Assembly (NCBI GenBank): GCA_035655435.1
Contig: DASRUN010000023.1
Span: forward strand, 29,437-93,436
Length of the DNA: 64,000 nt
Reading direction: 5' to 3'
Source: an archaeon
GTDB lineage: Archaea > Iainarchaeota > Iainarchaeia > Iainarchaeales > Iainarchaeaceae
The stretch's first letter is position 1. Every line of letters starts with the position of its first letter. Position numbers and translations under genes: made by a program. Positions 18,748 through 29,211 of this stretch are shown piece after piece. The notes beneath the pieces are model-generated. The model was not told the DNA's origin and made no database searches. It saw nothing but the letters and a program-made list of their open reading frames with translations.

Positions 18748-20123
18748 TTTTTTTTGAGAAACTTTGAGTATTGTGCTAATTCTTTCAATGCTTGCGCTGC
18801 GAGTGTTGGATAGGGGATTGTTGTAAAACCCGCATTTTCTACTTTGCGAAGGTATTTTTTTGTGAACCCGCTTCCTATTGAGCATACAACCGCTGGCTTT
18901 GAAACCTTTAATTTTGCTCTGTTCAGTTCTTTTATGTGTTCAAGCCTGATTGTGGGCAGATTGAAAAGTATTAGTATTATGAGTATGTCCACATTCGGGT
19001 CTTTTGTAACGCTTGTAATTGCCTTTTTGTAATCGCTTATTGTAGCATCTCCTAAAAGGTCAAGCGGGTTTCCAATGTTTGCATTCGGAATTTCCTTTTT
19101 GAGTTGTTTGATTGTTTTTTTTGATAATTTTGCAAGTTCCAATTTGTTCTGTATTATTTGATCTGCTGTTACAATTCCAAATCCTCCTCCATTTGTAATT
19201 ATTTGCACCCTATTTCCTTTTGGAAGCGGTTCTTTTTCAAGTATTCTAGCTATGTTAAACAAATCCAACAAATCGTTTGCCTCTATTATGCCGGCTTGTT
19301 TGAATACCGCTTCATAAACTTTTGATGAGCCGGCAAGAGATCCTGTATGTGATGCTGCTGCTTTTGTTGTTTCCTCGTGTTTTCCACCTTTGAGTATTAT
19401 GATTGGTTTTTTTTTGGAAACCTTTTTTGCTGTTTTAAAAAATTTTTTCCCGTCGCGCGCGCCTTCTAAGTACGCTGTTATTACTTTTGTTCCCTTGTCC
19501 TCTCCAAAGTATTCTAGAAGATCGGCCTCATCCACATCCATTGCATTTCCATAAGATGCGAATTTGTTGATTCCAAATTCCTGTGTTGCAACCCAGTCAA
19601 GTATCATTGCCCCCAATGCCCCTGATTGGGAGATGAATGAGAGATTCCCTTTTTTGGGTTGTTTCATCCTACTTTTTTCGAAAAAAGTAGTATCCACATT
19701 GTTCATGTTATTTGTGATTCCAACGCAGTTAGGTCCTATTACTCGTGTTTGCGGATTTTTCCTTATTAGTTCCGCTATTTCTTTTGTAAGTTTTTTTTCC
19801 CCTGTTTCGGAAAAGCCTGCGCTTATGATTATGACCGCTTTCATTCCTGCTTTCATGCATTCTTCAAGCGTTTTTGGAACTAAAACAGAGGGAAGCACTA
19901 TTACTCCTAATTCTGTTTTTTGAGGAATGCTTTGAATGCTTGGATAGCTTTTTTTTCCTTGTACGATTTTGTGTTTTGGGTTTATTGCGAATAATTTTTT
20001 TATTTTCGCTTTTTTGAGGTTTTCAAAAATGGTGTAGCCTACTTTTCCTTTTTTGTTTGACACGCCTATTACGGCTACTGTTTTTGGCGAAAAAAACGGT
20101 TCAAGTGTTTTTGGTGTTTGCAT
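18744..20123 (-). CDS. acdA: Acetate--CoA ligase (ADP-forming) alpha subunit
   Basis: ISAGFSE, IGPNC, SQSGA, SHTGSLAG, TNGGG, NPLDL. Confidence 0.9.
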   Translation of the reverse strand: MQTPKTLEPFFSPKTVAVIGVSNKKGKVGYTIFENLKKAKIKKLFAINPKHKIVQGKKSYPSIQSIPQKTELGVIVLPSVLVPKTLEECMKAGMKAVIIISAGFSETGEKKLTKEIAELIRKNPQTRVIGPNCVGITNNMNNVDTTFFEKSRMKQPKKGNLSFISQSGALGAMILDWVATQEFGINKFASYGNAMDVDEADLLEYFGEDKGTKVITAYLEGARDGKKFFKTAKKVSKKKPIIILKGGKHEETTKAAASHTGSLAGSSKVYEAVFKQAGIIEANDLLDLFNIARILEKEPLPKGNRVQIITNGGGFGIVTADQIIQNKLELAKLSKKTIKQLKKEIPNANIGNPLDLLGDATISDYKKAITSVTKDPNVDILIILILFNLPTIRLEHIKELNRAKLKVSKPAVVCSIGSGFTKKYLRKVENAGFTTIPYPTLAAQALKELAQYSKFLKKN

Positions 20124-20159
20124 TGCTATGAATTCCTTTTTAGTTGTTAATTAAATTAT

Positions 20160-21026
20160 CTACAGATTTGGAACGCACACCCTTCCAACACAATGCGAGA
20201 CGCTGGGGCAGAGCTTTTCCTTGTAAAGCGGATCAACGCCAAGACAGCATCTTGTTGGACATTCCGGCTTTTCGCAGGTTCCATTATTGCATATTCCGTT
20301 ATTAGGGCAGATTTTGTCCTCAAATCCTTGTTTTCCAACGCAGCATTCATTATTGCATGCTCTCAATCTACATTCATTGTTCACGCATTCCATGTTGTTT
20401 TCGCATAATTTGTCCGTGTAATTTGCATTTTTTTCACAGCATCCGTATGGGCATTGCGGGAGAACGCATTCGTATCTTTCGCACACCAATCCTTGGGGAC
20501 ATTCTTTTCTTATGAAATCCTCAAGAACACAGCATTGTGATGTGCATTCCCGTAGTTCGCATTTATTGTTCCTGCATGTCTGGTTTCCGGGGCAAAGTTT
20601 TTTTTGGTTGTTTATTCCGTTGCAGCATTCGAATTCTTCCGGGCAAACAGGTTTTCCTTCTCCAGTTGCATAAAGGCTTTGCAAATATTCATCGCTATAA
20701 TTTCCGTTTCCTCCAAGATTATTTTGTGTTGTTTGCTGGAAAATTTGCTGAAAATTAAGTGCCAAGTATATTACTCCAGTAATGAAAAGCAATCCAACTA
20801 TTATTCCTAAATACAATGCGAGTTTTTTTGGGCCTCGAATTTCTTTTTTATAGGTTAATTGTGTTCCGCGGAAATTCTCTTTGTTTTTTGCCGGTATCAA
20901 TTCGCTTAGTTCTTTTCTCTTGAGGAACGGTCTCCTGATTCCTTCCTTTGTCTCAAAAACAGAGTTAAGGTCCTCTTCGCTGATAAGCGGTGCTTCTGTT
21001 GAATTTTGTTCGCGTCTGTTGTGCAT
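20160..21026 (-). CDS. Single-TM membrane protein with about 5 Cys-rich repeats
   Basis: One TM helix, then repeated C-P/x-x-x-CC-x(n)-K-x-C-x(5)-C-x(4)-C units. Confidence 0.75.
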   Translation of the reverse strand: MHNRREQNSTEAPLISEEDLNSVFETKEGIRRPFLKRKELSELIPAKNKENFRGTQLTYKKEIRGPKKLALYLGIIVGLLFITGVIYLALNFQQIFQQTTQNNLGGNGNYSDEYLQSLYATGEGKPVCPEEFECCNGINNQKKLCPGNQTCRNNKCELRECTSQCCVLEDFIRKECPQGLVCERYECVLPQCPYGCCEKNANYTDKLCENNMECVNNECRLRACNNECCVGKQGFEDKICPNNGICNNGTCEKPECPTRCCLGVDPLYKEKLCPSVSHCVGRVCVPNL

Positions 21027-21050
21027 GAAAATTAATTGTTTTTATTTGTA

Positions 21051-21437
21051 TTAAATCTTTTGGAATTTTATTGCCCAGCTTCCTCTTTCTTCAGGTGTTG
21101 GCTCTCTTATATATCTTCCTCGTTTTGTGACCACTTTGAGCTCTTTCTTAAAACTCTTCTTGTCCTCGACAGGACATAATATGTTGCCATTTTCCATTTC
21201 AATACTCCTTCTTGTTCTGTAATAATAGTTGGAGTCCGAAACAGATGCTCTAACCTGGTGGCGTCCCTTTTTTATCATTACTCTTACACTTCCATGATTA
21301 TCCTTTGCAATCGACAGAACTTTTCCACCCACTTCCAGAACTGTTCTGTTAACTTCCCGGATTTCACGCCAAAGCGGAAGAGGTTCAACTCCGTGGTGGG
21401 TGCCAACAGCTCTGATTTTGTGCATTCTGCTTGTCAT
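21051..21437 (-). CDS. Basic orphan hypothetical protein
   Basis: 128-aa ORF; TTTAAA about 30 nt upstream. Confidence 0.55.
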   Translation of the reverse strand: MTSRMHKIRAVGTHHGVEPLPLWREIREVNRTVLEVGGKVLSIAKDNHGSVRVMIKKGRHQVRASVSDSNYYYRTRRSIEMENGNILCPVEDKKSFKKELKVVTKRGRYIREPTPEERGSWAIKFQKI

Positions 21438-21545
21438 TTAATTAGAATATGTTATTTTTGAATTTAAAGTTATGCGGGAATTTAGTGCATAAATCATTTA
21501 TGGATTAGAATATTGAAAATTTAATTATCTTCCAGGCCTTTTGAA

Positions 21546-22298
21546 TCATTTTTTTCTTGGAGCTGGGCGTTTCATTACTTTTACCTTATTTGGTTTTTGT
21601 GGTTGCAATTGTTCCAACGATTTCCTTGCGAGAGCTTCAGCATACCTTCTTTGCACCGAGCCGGATCTCCCGCCTGCGTGGCCGGTTTTTAGTTTTCGGA
21701 TTGCAAGGGCAATATCAAATTTCTTTACATCCCTTACCGCATGGTTTCTGAAAATAAAAACAAATTTGTGGTGGAACGCATCCATCTCAGCTTTTACGCG
21801 GTTTGCCTTTGCAAGTAATTCGCCTTTCTTTTTCCTGTTTTGTTCCGTTGAAGCGAGCCTTTGTAACTCTGAATATTCTTCTCTTGCTTTTCTTAGCTGT
21901 CCTTTGAGCTTTACACCGCCGGGAATTGTCTCCATAAGCTCTTCCTTTTCATGAAAATTTTTGCTTAACCACAGTTCCTCTATTTTTTTGTAGGTTTTCG
22001 GGTCTGTATGCGCGAGAGATCGGAGGGCAGCGTCGATATAAACAAAAAGCTCGTGGCGTTTAAGAAATTCTTTTTGTGCTTCATTTGTAATGATATCCAA
22101 TTCCGCAGCCGCCTCAAGTATCGCTGCAGGGCTGTTGAGTGTTCCGCTTATGCTACTGTTTTTTGATTTTGCAATTTCGCTAATAAGATCTGCATAGCCA
22201 AGCCGATCAATTTCCATCATTGAAAGATTATTGCCCATTGCAATTGAATCAATGCATTTGGCAAGCATGGCGTAAATTTGTTGTTGTGTTATAGACAT
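21546..22298 (-). CDS. Helical orphan protein with basic C-terminus
   Basis: 250-aa ORF downstream of top6A. Confidence 0.6.
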   Translation of the reverse strand: MSITQQQIYAMLAKCIDSIAMGNNLSMMEIDRLGYADLISEIAKSKNSSISGTLNSPAAILEAAAELDIITNEAQKEFLKRHELFVYIDAALRSLAHTDPKTYKKIEELWLSKNFHEKEELMETIPGGVKLKGQLRKAREEYSELQRLASTEQNRKKKGELLAKANRVKAEMDAFHHKFVFIFRNHAVRDVKKFDIALAIRKLKTGHAGGRSGSVQRRYAEALARKSLEQLQPQKPNKVKVMKRPAPRKK

Positions 22299-22369
22299 TT
22301 CATCACAATAGCCATTTTTTCCTAAATTGTAATTCTTTCTTTGTCAGCATGGCCTTGCCCCTGTTGTTT

Positions 22370-24970
22370 TTACGGCAAAAAGTCTTTGCTTTTGATTTTT
22401 TTGGGCAAGTATTCGTCTGCAACAAATGAAAGTGATCTGTTTGCAAGTGCCTGTTGTTCTATCCTGATTTTCATTTGGATTGCTTTTTTGAGTTCGTCCT
22501 GCCATGCCTTATTCTGGAACCATGGATAATCAAGCATTTCCTTTGCCCTTTTCACATCGCCTTCCTTCATTCTTTCCGTTACGTTCTGCAGTTTGAATTC
22601 TTCCACATCTTCCAATGTCATTCCAATGTATTTTGCATCCGGAACAGCAAGGAAATCAGAGTGCGCCGCCAACGCCATTGAACCCTGCTTTACAACGCTG
22701 TAAATGTACCATCCGTAAGGGTCACCGTCCGTGTTGTGTACGCAAATGTTATTTGCGAAGAACCTATGGGTTGAAGACATTTCAATGTCATAAACAAAGT
22801 TTTCCTCCGGCTTTACCTCGGTTATTTCTTTTATTCTTGTGAGGGTTATTTTTTGGTCCAAAAAATTGTTTAGAACCGAAAGCCGTTCATCATCGGAATC
22901 CTTGGTTAAGCCTCTTAATTTTTCCTTGGATATTCTCGGCCACTGGAATGTTGATGGGGGTAGTTTTTTTCCAAGCTTTCCCTCGAATAATTCCCTCAAC
23001 ATGGGCCTGAACTGCTGTACAAACTCGTTTGGAAGGGAATCTATTTTGCCGGTTTTCCTGAACCTGTTTTTAATGTGTTTCAGTGCTCCCTTGTTTAAAT
23101 CCGCCACAATTTCTTCCAGCCCCTGCAATGATTCCTTGTTTGCAATGCTGACCAAGTAAGTGATATTTCTGGATTGTATGCTGTATGTTTTGCGCCCGCG
23201 GTTTGTAACTAAATCCACTTCATGTGCTTCCGAGCTTTCCTTGGGGTGTTGAATAGTGGCCGGGCAGCCAAGTTGTGCGGTCAGCATTACGAGATCGTAA
23301 GCAAGTTTTTTGCTTACTGTTTTTGCCCAAAGTTCTGCCGAAGATTTGCTTTCCTTGAAATCAACCCTTCCGTCTCCCCTGAAATATCCTTTCAGGAAAG
23401 CCTTTTTTGCGTTCGAGGGCACGTTAAAGACAATTGAAGGGATTTCTTTTTTCGTGGAACCTGTTTTTCCCATATTCCTGAAAATTCCCGCCACTATTGT
23501 ATTGTTTATCGCTATTTGGGTTTCGCTCGAATGCGGATTGTTTTGTGTTGTGTCAAGTCCGAATACATTTTTTGCAATTTTCTTCACGTCTTCAATGTAT
23601 TCCGTTTCATTGGCGTTGAAGCTGAAGAACACTTGGTAATCGTTGCAATGGCCCTCCGCCGCATAATAACCCAAGAGTCTACAGAATTCCTCCAAATTAT
23701 TTTGTTCGACAAACCTTGGAGTTTTTGTTTTTGAGTTTTTGTTTATGATCCAGTTTTCCGTGATATTAACTTTTTCTGTGAGTGCAAACTCCGCCAAATC
23801 AACGGTTTTCAGGCTTTCATTGTTCGGGATTTCAAGGTTTACAATGAGAAAATCCTTTTTCATATTGATTTCGCCGGGTTTTTTTTCTAAAAATTGTTTT
23901 TTCCCGGAATCCCAGACTATGATGCTGTGCGATTTTGTTGCCTTTACACTATATCCCAATTCCGATTTTATTTCGAACAATTCCTCTGTAATAGGGTGCC
24001 TGATAATCTGGAAAATAGGCTCTTTGTACACTTTAGTATTGTCGAAGGTGAAGGAGCTTGCCGTTGATTCCGCCCTCTCGTTTTCGAAGGGGTATTTTAT
24101 TTTTATCGATGGCTTTCCATCAAACAACTCTTTTATTTTGACGTTTTTCAACAAACCGTTTTCTTCGATCGCAATTGTCTCATTTCCTTCAACGCTGAAC
24201 ATGTACACAGGAAGATCCGCTTCTTTTGCTATCCTGTGTATTAATCTTCTTGTTCCTCGCGCAGCCTGTCCTCCTGTGCTGATCAAAATGGCTTTGTTTT
24301 TTTTGGCAAAATCTTCTTCCACAAGCCTTTCGTACATTGCCTCTGTTTCAATTACAAGGACGTATTCGGCGTCAACTTTTTTGATTTCAATTTCTTCAGG
24401 TTCAACTCTGCTCATGATGCTCCAGCCGCCTCTTCCAAGTTTTGCGGCGTTGAATTCGTCGTTGTTGTGTTTTCTGTCTACAAGTGTTATGTCTCCGTAA
24501 AGAGTTCCTTTTGGGTTTGCGTGCAAATTCAATTTTTCTCTTATTGTGTCAACGCTGTGTTCCAAATCAACTATGCATGCATCGCTTTCGGTTTGGTCTT
24601 CGAATGTGTTTTCCTTGCTTTTCCCGAGAGTGTGCTTTAGTTCGTAGTAAACTTCTCTGATTGATGCGGTTTTGTTTTCGTTGAGGTAATTGTATGTTTT
24701 GGATGTAACCATCATTGTTTGCATGAATTTTTTTGCGTGACCGATGTTCAAAAAATTCCTTGATGTTATTTTGTCTCCGAGAGTTAATACTTTTTTGTCT
24801 TCGTTGAATTCAACGTTGCTTTTTCCTCTTTGTTGTGTTGTAAAGGTTGGGTCTTTCTGTTGATCTATATCCTTTGTAATTCCTTCGGCCATTGTTTTGA
24901 GCTTGGCTGCAATTTCCTTTGTATCAACTATTTCAGACACTATTTTTTTCGGTTTTTTTTCTTTTGACAT
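22370..24970 (-). CDS. top6A: DNA topoisomerase VI subunit A, intein-containing precursor (about 378 aa spliced)
   Basis: IREVYY (catalytic Tyr), IETEAMY, TGGQA, VYMF|TDGDPYG, RIEQQAL. Confidence 0.95.
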   Translation of the reverse strand: MSKEKKPKKIVSEIVDTKEIAAKLKTMAEGITKDIDQQKDPTFTTQQRGKSNVEFNEDKKVLTLGDKITSRNFLNIGHAKKFMQTMMVTSKTYNYLNENKTASIREVYYELKHTLGKSKENTFEDQTESDACIVDLEHSVDTIREKLNLHANPKGTLYGDITLVDRKHNNDEFNAAKLGRGGWSIMSRVEPEEIEIKKVDAEYVLVIETEAMYERLVEEDFAKKNKAILISTGGQAARGTRRLIHRIAKEADLPVYMFSVEGNETIAIEENGLLKNVKIKELFDGKPSIKIKYPFENERAESTASSFTFDNTKVYKEPIFQIIRHPITEELFEIKSELGYSVKATKSHSIIVWDSGKKQFLEKKPGEINMKKDFLIVNLEIPNNESLKTVDLAEFALTEKVNITENWIINKNSKTKTPRFVEQNNLEEFCRLLGYYAAEGHCNDYQVFFSFNANETEYIEDVKKIAKNVFGLDTTQNNPHSSETQIAINNTIVAGIFRNMGKTGSTKKEIPSIVFNVPSNAKKAFLKGYFRGDGRVDFKESKSSAELWAKTVSKKLAYDLVMLTAQLGCPATIQHPKESSEAHEVDLVTNRGRKTYSIQSRNITYLVSIANKESLQGLEEIVADLNKGALKHIKNRFRKTGKIDSLPNEFVQQFRPMLRELFEGKLGKKLPPSTFQWPRISKEKLRGLTKDSDDERLSVLNNFLDQKITLTRIKEITEVKPEENFVYDIEMSSTHRFFANNICVHNTDGDPYGWYIYSVVKQGSMALAAHSDFLAVPDAKYIGMTLEDVEEFKLQNVTERMKEGDVKRAKEMLDYPWFQNKAWQDELKKAIQMKIRIEQQALANRSLSFVADEYLPKKIKSKDFLP
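22733..24196 (-). mobile_element. Intein (488 aa) with LAGLIDADG endonuclease in Topo VI A
   Basis: Begins SVEGNE and ends FFANNICVHN before Thr; LGYYAAEG and FLKGYFRGDG blocks. Confidence 0.93.
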
Positions 24971-26688
24971 TATTCTTCAGCCCCCGCTTCTTCTTCCTCT
25001 TCAGCTTCTTTTTTTGCCTTCTTTTCCTTTGCTTTTTTTTCCGTGTCCTTTGATGTTTCTTCTATTTCCTCGTGTATTTGTGCTGCCTCTTCGCTTTCTT
25101 CTTCAAGTTTTAGTTTTTCAAGCACGAGTTTTTCAAGGTTTTTTTCAATTTTTTTCTTGTCTTTTTTTGTAAGATCTCCGAGTGCGTTTGCGATTTCGGG
25201 AATAAATTTGAAGAAGAGTTCTTTTTTCATTTTCTTTTCCATTTCTCTTCTTTTTCCGGCAATATATGCAGCGGCTTTTCTTCCGGAATCCATTAAAGCC
25301 AATCTTAGTTCTTCCATTATTTCTTCTTCATCGCTAATAGCTTGTTTTCCCGCGCTTGTGTATGGAATGTGCACTGAAATTAGGTTTACAAAAATCGTTA
25401 TGGGGGAGGTTTCAAAGTTTTTTACTCCGTATCTTTTCCAGTCAATGCTTTGAACCGCTTTTGTTATTGCGCATCCGCCCGTGTCAAAGAGTAATGGGGC
25501 TCTATTTGCGAATCTCATTATTTCCATTTTTCTCTCTGTTTTTCCTTCTTCATTAAGGACTCCGGAATCCTTTCCGGCTTCTCCGCCGTATGCTATTCCG
25601 ACTTCCACCTGGAATGGAAATCCTCCGCTGTAAACGCTTGCTTTTCTTGTTACAACCGATAAAAATTCGGGCTTTACAATGCTTTCAAGGCTTTTCAGTA
25701 TTCTGTCTTCGCCTATTGGTCTTAGTCCGTCTGTTCGCGGAGCAATGAAATTTATTTTTTTGAACATTTTGACTATTTCTTCTGCCTCTTCCCAGGTTAA
25801 TTGTCTCGGGTCTTTTTTGAGGTCAAAGGAAATGTGTTTTGCTATTTCTTCTATTGCTTTGTCTCCCATTCTGTCAAAGCTGTTTTTCAAAAATGTTGAT
25901 GCGCTTCGGCTATCGGTGTATTTTGCAAGTGTATTCAGTTCATCAACCGTAACTCCTTTTGGATGTGGTTGCATTTCCAATGGTTGTTTTGGAATATCAT
26001 TCAATGTTCTTTTGAAAACAATTTTGTTGTTGCTCGGTTCTATAAGTGTTATTTTTGCGTGCGGGTTTGCGATTGCGGTTCTTCTTAGATATTCAAGCGG
26101 TGCTTGTTCCGAATTTACATATTTCACTCCTTTGAATTTTGCTTTGATTAGTGTTCCTTTGAATTCTTTGTTGAGTTCCTGGAGGTTTGCAATTTTTGCC
26201 TGGTTTTTTTTCGGGTCAACTGTTATTTCTAAACTAATTGGTTTTCCCTTGTTTGTTCCTGTAATAACTTGCGTTGCTTTTCCTGTTGTTATTTGCGCGA
26301 GCATTGTACATCCTGCAGCTCCAATTCCCTGTTGTCCGCGCATTTGCATCATTCTGTGGAATTTTGTTCCCGCCAATAATTGTCCGAGTGCTTTTCCCAC
26401 GGTTTCTTTTGTTAATCCGGGGCCATTGTCTTTTACCGTTATTTCATAATATTCATTTCCAAGTTCTTTGATTTGTACTTCGATATCGGGAAGAATTTTT
26501 GCTTCTTCGCATGCATCAAGAGAATTTGTTACATATTCATGTACAATTGTTGTTAGCGCTTTTATTTTTCCTGTTAATCCCAGCATTTGCATGTTCTTTT
26601 TGAAGAATTCAGCAACTGAATGTTCTTTGAATTCTTTTGCGATTTCTTCCGCGCCTTTCGTGGTTTCGATTTCTTCTTTTTCCGCCAT
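24970..26688 (-). CDS. top6B: DNA topoisomerase VI subunit B
   Basis: EYVTNSLDACE, DNGPG, RGQQGIG, RFANRAPL, PYTSAGKQ. Confidence 0.96.
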   Translation of the reverse strand: MAEKEEIETTKGAEEIAKEFKEHSVAEFFKKNMQMLGLTGKIKALTTIVHEYVTNSLDACEEAKILPDIEVQIKELGNEYYEITVKDNGPGLTKETVGKALGQLLAGTKFHRMMQMRGQQGIGAAGCTMLAQITTGKATQVITGTNKGKPISLEITVDPKKNQAKIANLQELNKEFKGTLIKAKFKGVKYVNSEQAPLEYLRRTAIANPHAKITLIEPSNNKIVFKRTLNDIPKQPLEMQPHPKGVTVDELNTLAKYTDSRSASTFLKNSFDRMGDKAIEEIAKHISFDLKKDPRQLTWEEAEEIVKMFKKINFIAPRTDGLRPIGEDRILKSLESIVKPEFLSVVTRKASVYSGGFPFQVEVGIAYGGEAGKDSGVLNEEGKTERKMEIMRFANRAPLLFDTGGCAITKAVQSIDWKRYGVKNFETSPITIFVNLISVHIPYTSAGKQAISDEEEIMEELRLALMDSGRKAAAYIAGKRREMEKKMKKELFFKFIPEIANALGDLTKKDKKKIEKNLEKLVLEKLKLEEESEEAAQIHEEIEETSKDTEKKAKEKKAKKEAEEEEEAGAEE

Positions 26689-26693
26689 TTTTT

Positions 26694-27230
26694 TTACAAC
26701 TCGAATTTTCCTTTTTCAAAATCTTTTTTCAAATAATCGTAAGCCATGTCGTGTGAGGCGCCCCCAAGAAGGAGGTTTATCGCTCTTATTGCTTTTTGTA
26801 TTTCCTCTGGTTTTCCTATAATGCTTATTGTTTTTCCGTAAACGCTTATTTTCGTTCCGGATTCGTGCTCTATTTCGTTCCTTGCCTTTCCTTTAGCTCC
26901 TATTACCCTTCCTTTTTTTGCTGTGATGGCACTCTTATTCTTTCCCACCGTATCTCTAACATCAATTATTTCCAATACTCTCTCGTCTTGCAAGAGCAAG
27001 AGTGCATTTTCGGGGGAAAAACCCCTTGCTATTGCCTTTGTAATCGAAAGTGCTTTAAGGTATTTGAGTACGTCCCCTTTTTGAGTTATCTCTACTTCCC
27101 CTTCTTCGCTCTCAATATCGATTTTGGTCTGAGTTTTCTTCTCAATCTGCCTTTTAACGGCTCCTTTTGGTCCAATAAGCACGCCAATCCTGTCGTGAGG
27201 CACCAAAAGAATCTCAGAGCTTTCTTCCAT
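26694..27230 (-). CDS. KH-domain pre-rRNA processing protein (Dim2/Pno1)
   Basis: RIGVLIGPKG, AIARGFSPE, KGRVIGAKG; top6/rio1 context. Confidence 0.9.
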   Translation of the reverse strand: MEESSEILLVPHDRIGVLIGPKGAVKRQIEKKTQTKIDIESEEGEVEITQKGDVLKYLKALSITKAIARGFSPENALLLLQDERVLEIIDVRDTVGKNKSAITAKKGRVIGAKGKARNEIEHESGTKISVYGKTISIIGKPEEIQKAIRAINLLLGGASHDMAYDYLKKDFEKGKFEL

Positions 27231-27341
27231 TATTTATCATATAATAGAATCTATATATTATTATATATTGCTAAAATTTCGGCGAAATTACCTCAAATCG
27301 CATAGGTTAATCTTTTTAAGTAGGTCATTTGAAATCTTTTC

Positions 27342-27962
27342 ATGCCAGAACTGATTAGAAAAAGTTCTTCCGGAAAAGTCTTCCGACCTCCTCCTGGGGA
27401 GAGGTGGCGTGCAGCCAGACTTGGCAATATGGGGGTGTTGGTTCGAGAGCAGAGGCAAATAACATTAAAAACAGCGGTTAGATTGCTTGTTCTTGAGCCT
27501 GTGGAAAGTGAACAGGAGTTTAGCGGCAAATGGCCGTCTGCCAGAGGCAAGCTTACTGAAAAAAAAATAAGGGGAATTAGAAGTAGGTTCAGGAAGAAAA
27601 TTCGTGTTTTTGAAAAATTTAAAAAATATTTGGATAAAAGTTGGCTGTCAAATGTTGCAGACCCTTTTATTTTGCGATTGGAAAAAATAAATGAGCTTTA
27701 CATCGTATTGGCAGAAATCGGCCCGCAAGACACTGCTGCATTTGTGAGACTTCTAAAAAACCCATTTCTGGCAAGCCATTTTCTGAATTCTGCTCTCAAA
27801 AGTCCAAAAGAAGCAGAGAAATTAGTTTATCTAATAAAACAGGTGGGGTCTGCACGAGCTGCAAATCTGTTTTCCGGATTCTCTAATGGCCAGAGTGCAG
27901 TTGAGCGATTCTCTAATACGGCAATTCAATCATTGATTAAAATCGCGACGAAAACAAAATAG
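27342..27962 (+). CDS. Basic orphan protein inserted antisense between dim2 and rio1
   Basis: 206-aa ORF; TTTTAAG box about 25 nt upstream. Confidence 0.6.
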   Translation: MPELIRKSSSGKVFRPPPGERWRAARLGNMGVLVREQRQITLKTAVRLLVLEPVESEQEFSGKWPSARGKLTEKKIRGIRSRFRKKIRVFEKFKKYLDKSWLSNVADPFILRLEKINELYIVLAEIGPQDTAAFVRLLKNPFLASHFLNSALKSPKEAEKLVYLIKQVGSARAANLFSGFSNGQSAVERFSNTAIQSLIKIATKTK

Positions 27963-27964
27963 TT

Positions 27965-28735
27965 TCACTCCAATTCTTCTTTTCTTTTTTTCACTTCCGC
28001 GTAAAAAGAATTTTGATCTGTTTCGATTCCGTTTTTTGAAAAATAATTCGCCATGTTGAAAACATCTCTTTCGAAAAATTCCCTTGCTTTTGGATGACTC
28101 AATAAAACCGATTGTGCGAAATCTATGAAAAACAATTTATTTTTTCTCACTAGAATATTATATTCCGAAAGATCCGCATGCACTAATCCCGCGATATAAA
28201 GTTTTGCCATGAAATCTATTGTTTGTTCTTTAAATTCTTCCAATTGTTTTTTGTTCGGCTTTTCATCTTTCAATCTTTGTGATGGAATTTCTTTTTCTCC
28301 AATAAATTCCATTACTATTACATTTTCCTTGAATCCAAGTGGAACCGGCGTGCTTAGTTTTGCTTTGTTTGCTATGAGCATGTTTTTGTATTCTTTTCTT
28401 GTCCAAGCAAAAACCAGGTTTTTCCTGTCTTTTTTCAGATCCTGGAATCGGTTGTCATCTTTGATGTAATCGATCATTCTCTTGAAATCGGTTGTTTCTT
28501 TTTTGAATATTTTTATTGCGCGTGTGTTTCCCGCTCCGTCGCGTGCCGCAAACACATGCGCTTCTTTTCCCGTGCTTACAATATGTTCTAGAACATCAAA
28601 CATTCCTTTAGTTGCAAGGTCATGCACCGCAAGAATTGTTTGCCTGTCAAAAACCTTTTCGAATATTTTTCGATCCGCTTCCTGGCGAATCCTTTGCTTC
28701 AACACTTCATAATCGTGTTCGTAGAATTGATCCAT
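27965..28735 (-). CDS. rio1: RIO1 family serine kinase
   Basis: STGKEAHV, LVHADLSEYNIL, IDFAQSV. Confidence 0.95.
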   Translation of the reverse strand: MDQFYEHDYEVLKQRIRQEADRKIFEKVFDRQTILAVHDLATKGMFDVLEHIVSTGKEAHVFAARDGAGNTRAIKIFKKETTDFKRMIDYIKDDNRFQDLKKDRKNLVFAWTRKEYKNMLIANKAKLSTPVPLGFKENVIVMEFIGEKEIPSQRLKDEKPNKKQLEEFKEQTIDFMAKLYIAGLVHADLSEYNILVRKNKLFFIDFAQSVLLSHPKAREFFERDVFNMANYFSKNGIETDQNSFYAEVKKRKEELE

Positions 28736-28773
28736 AAAAAGTATTTCAAAAAAGAGTTTATAAGAAGATTATT

Positions 28774-29181
28774 TTATTTTCGCCTTAGGTTTTTTGACAC
28801 TGGGAAGCCCCCTAATGCTTCGCTGTGTTTTTCTTTTGTGAACCTGGCTTTTCGCTCTAGAAATTCTGCAATTTTCGGTCGTTCCACACCTGTAATTTTT
28901 TTAAAACCCCTTCTTTCAAGGTCTTGGAGAATTGGGTCTCTTGCTTTTCCTGCAAGTTTATACAAAGCCCTATTTTCTAAAGCATGAATGCCCATCATTT
29001 CAGATATGCCTCCTTTGAAGGTTCTCCCATTTGCAGTTCCTGAGATTTGCCATGTAATCACATCATTGTAATAAATTTTGTATTCTAAAACTTCTCCGTT
29101 AGAAAGTTTAACGTTTTCGGCAGATATCTTCAACCCGTCTTTTTCGAATATTATTTCTTTATTTCCCTTTTGAGGCGGCAT
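28774..29181 (-). CDS. Orphan hypothetical protein
   Basis: 135-aa ORF; TTTATATA about 25 nt upstream. Confidence 0.55.
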   Translation of the reverse strand: MPPQKGNKEIIFEKDGLKISAENVKLSNGEVLEYKIYYNDVITWQISGTANGRTFKGGISEMMGIHALENRALYKLAGKARDPILQDLERRGFKKITGVERPKIAEFLERKARFTKEKHSEALGGFPVSKNLRRK

Positions 29182-29211
29182 ACAAATCTTACAAATAGGT
29201 TATATATAAAT

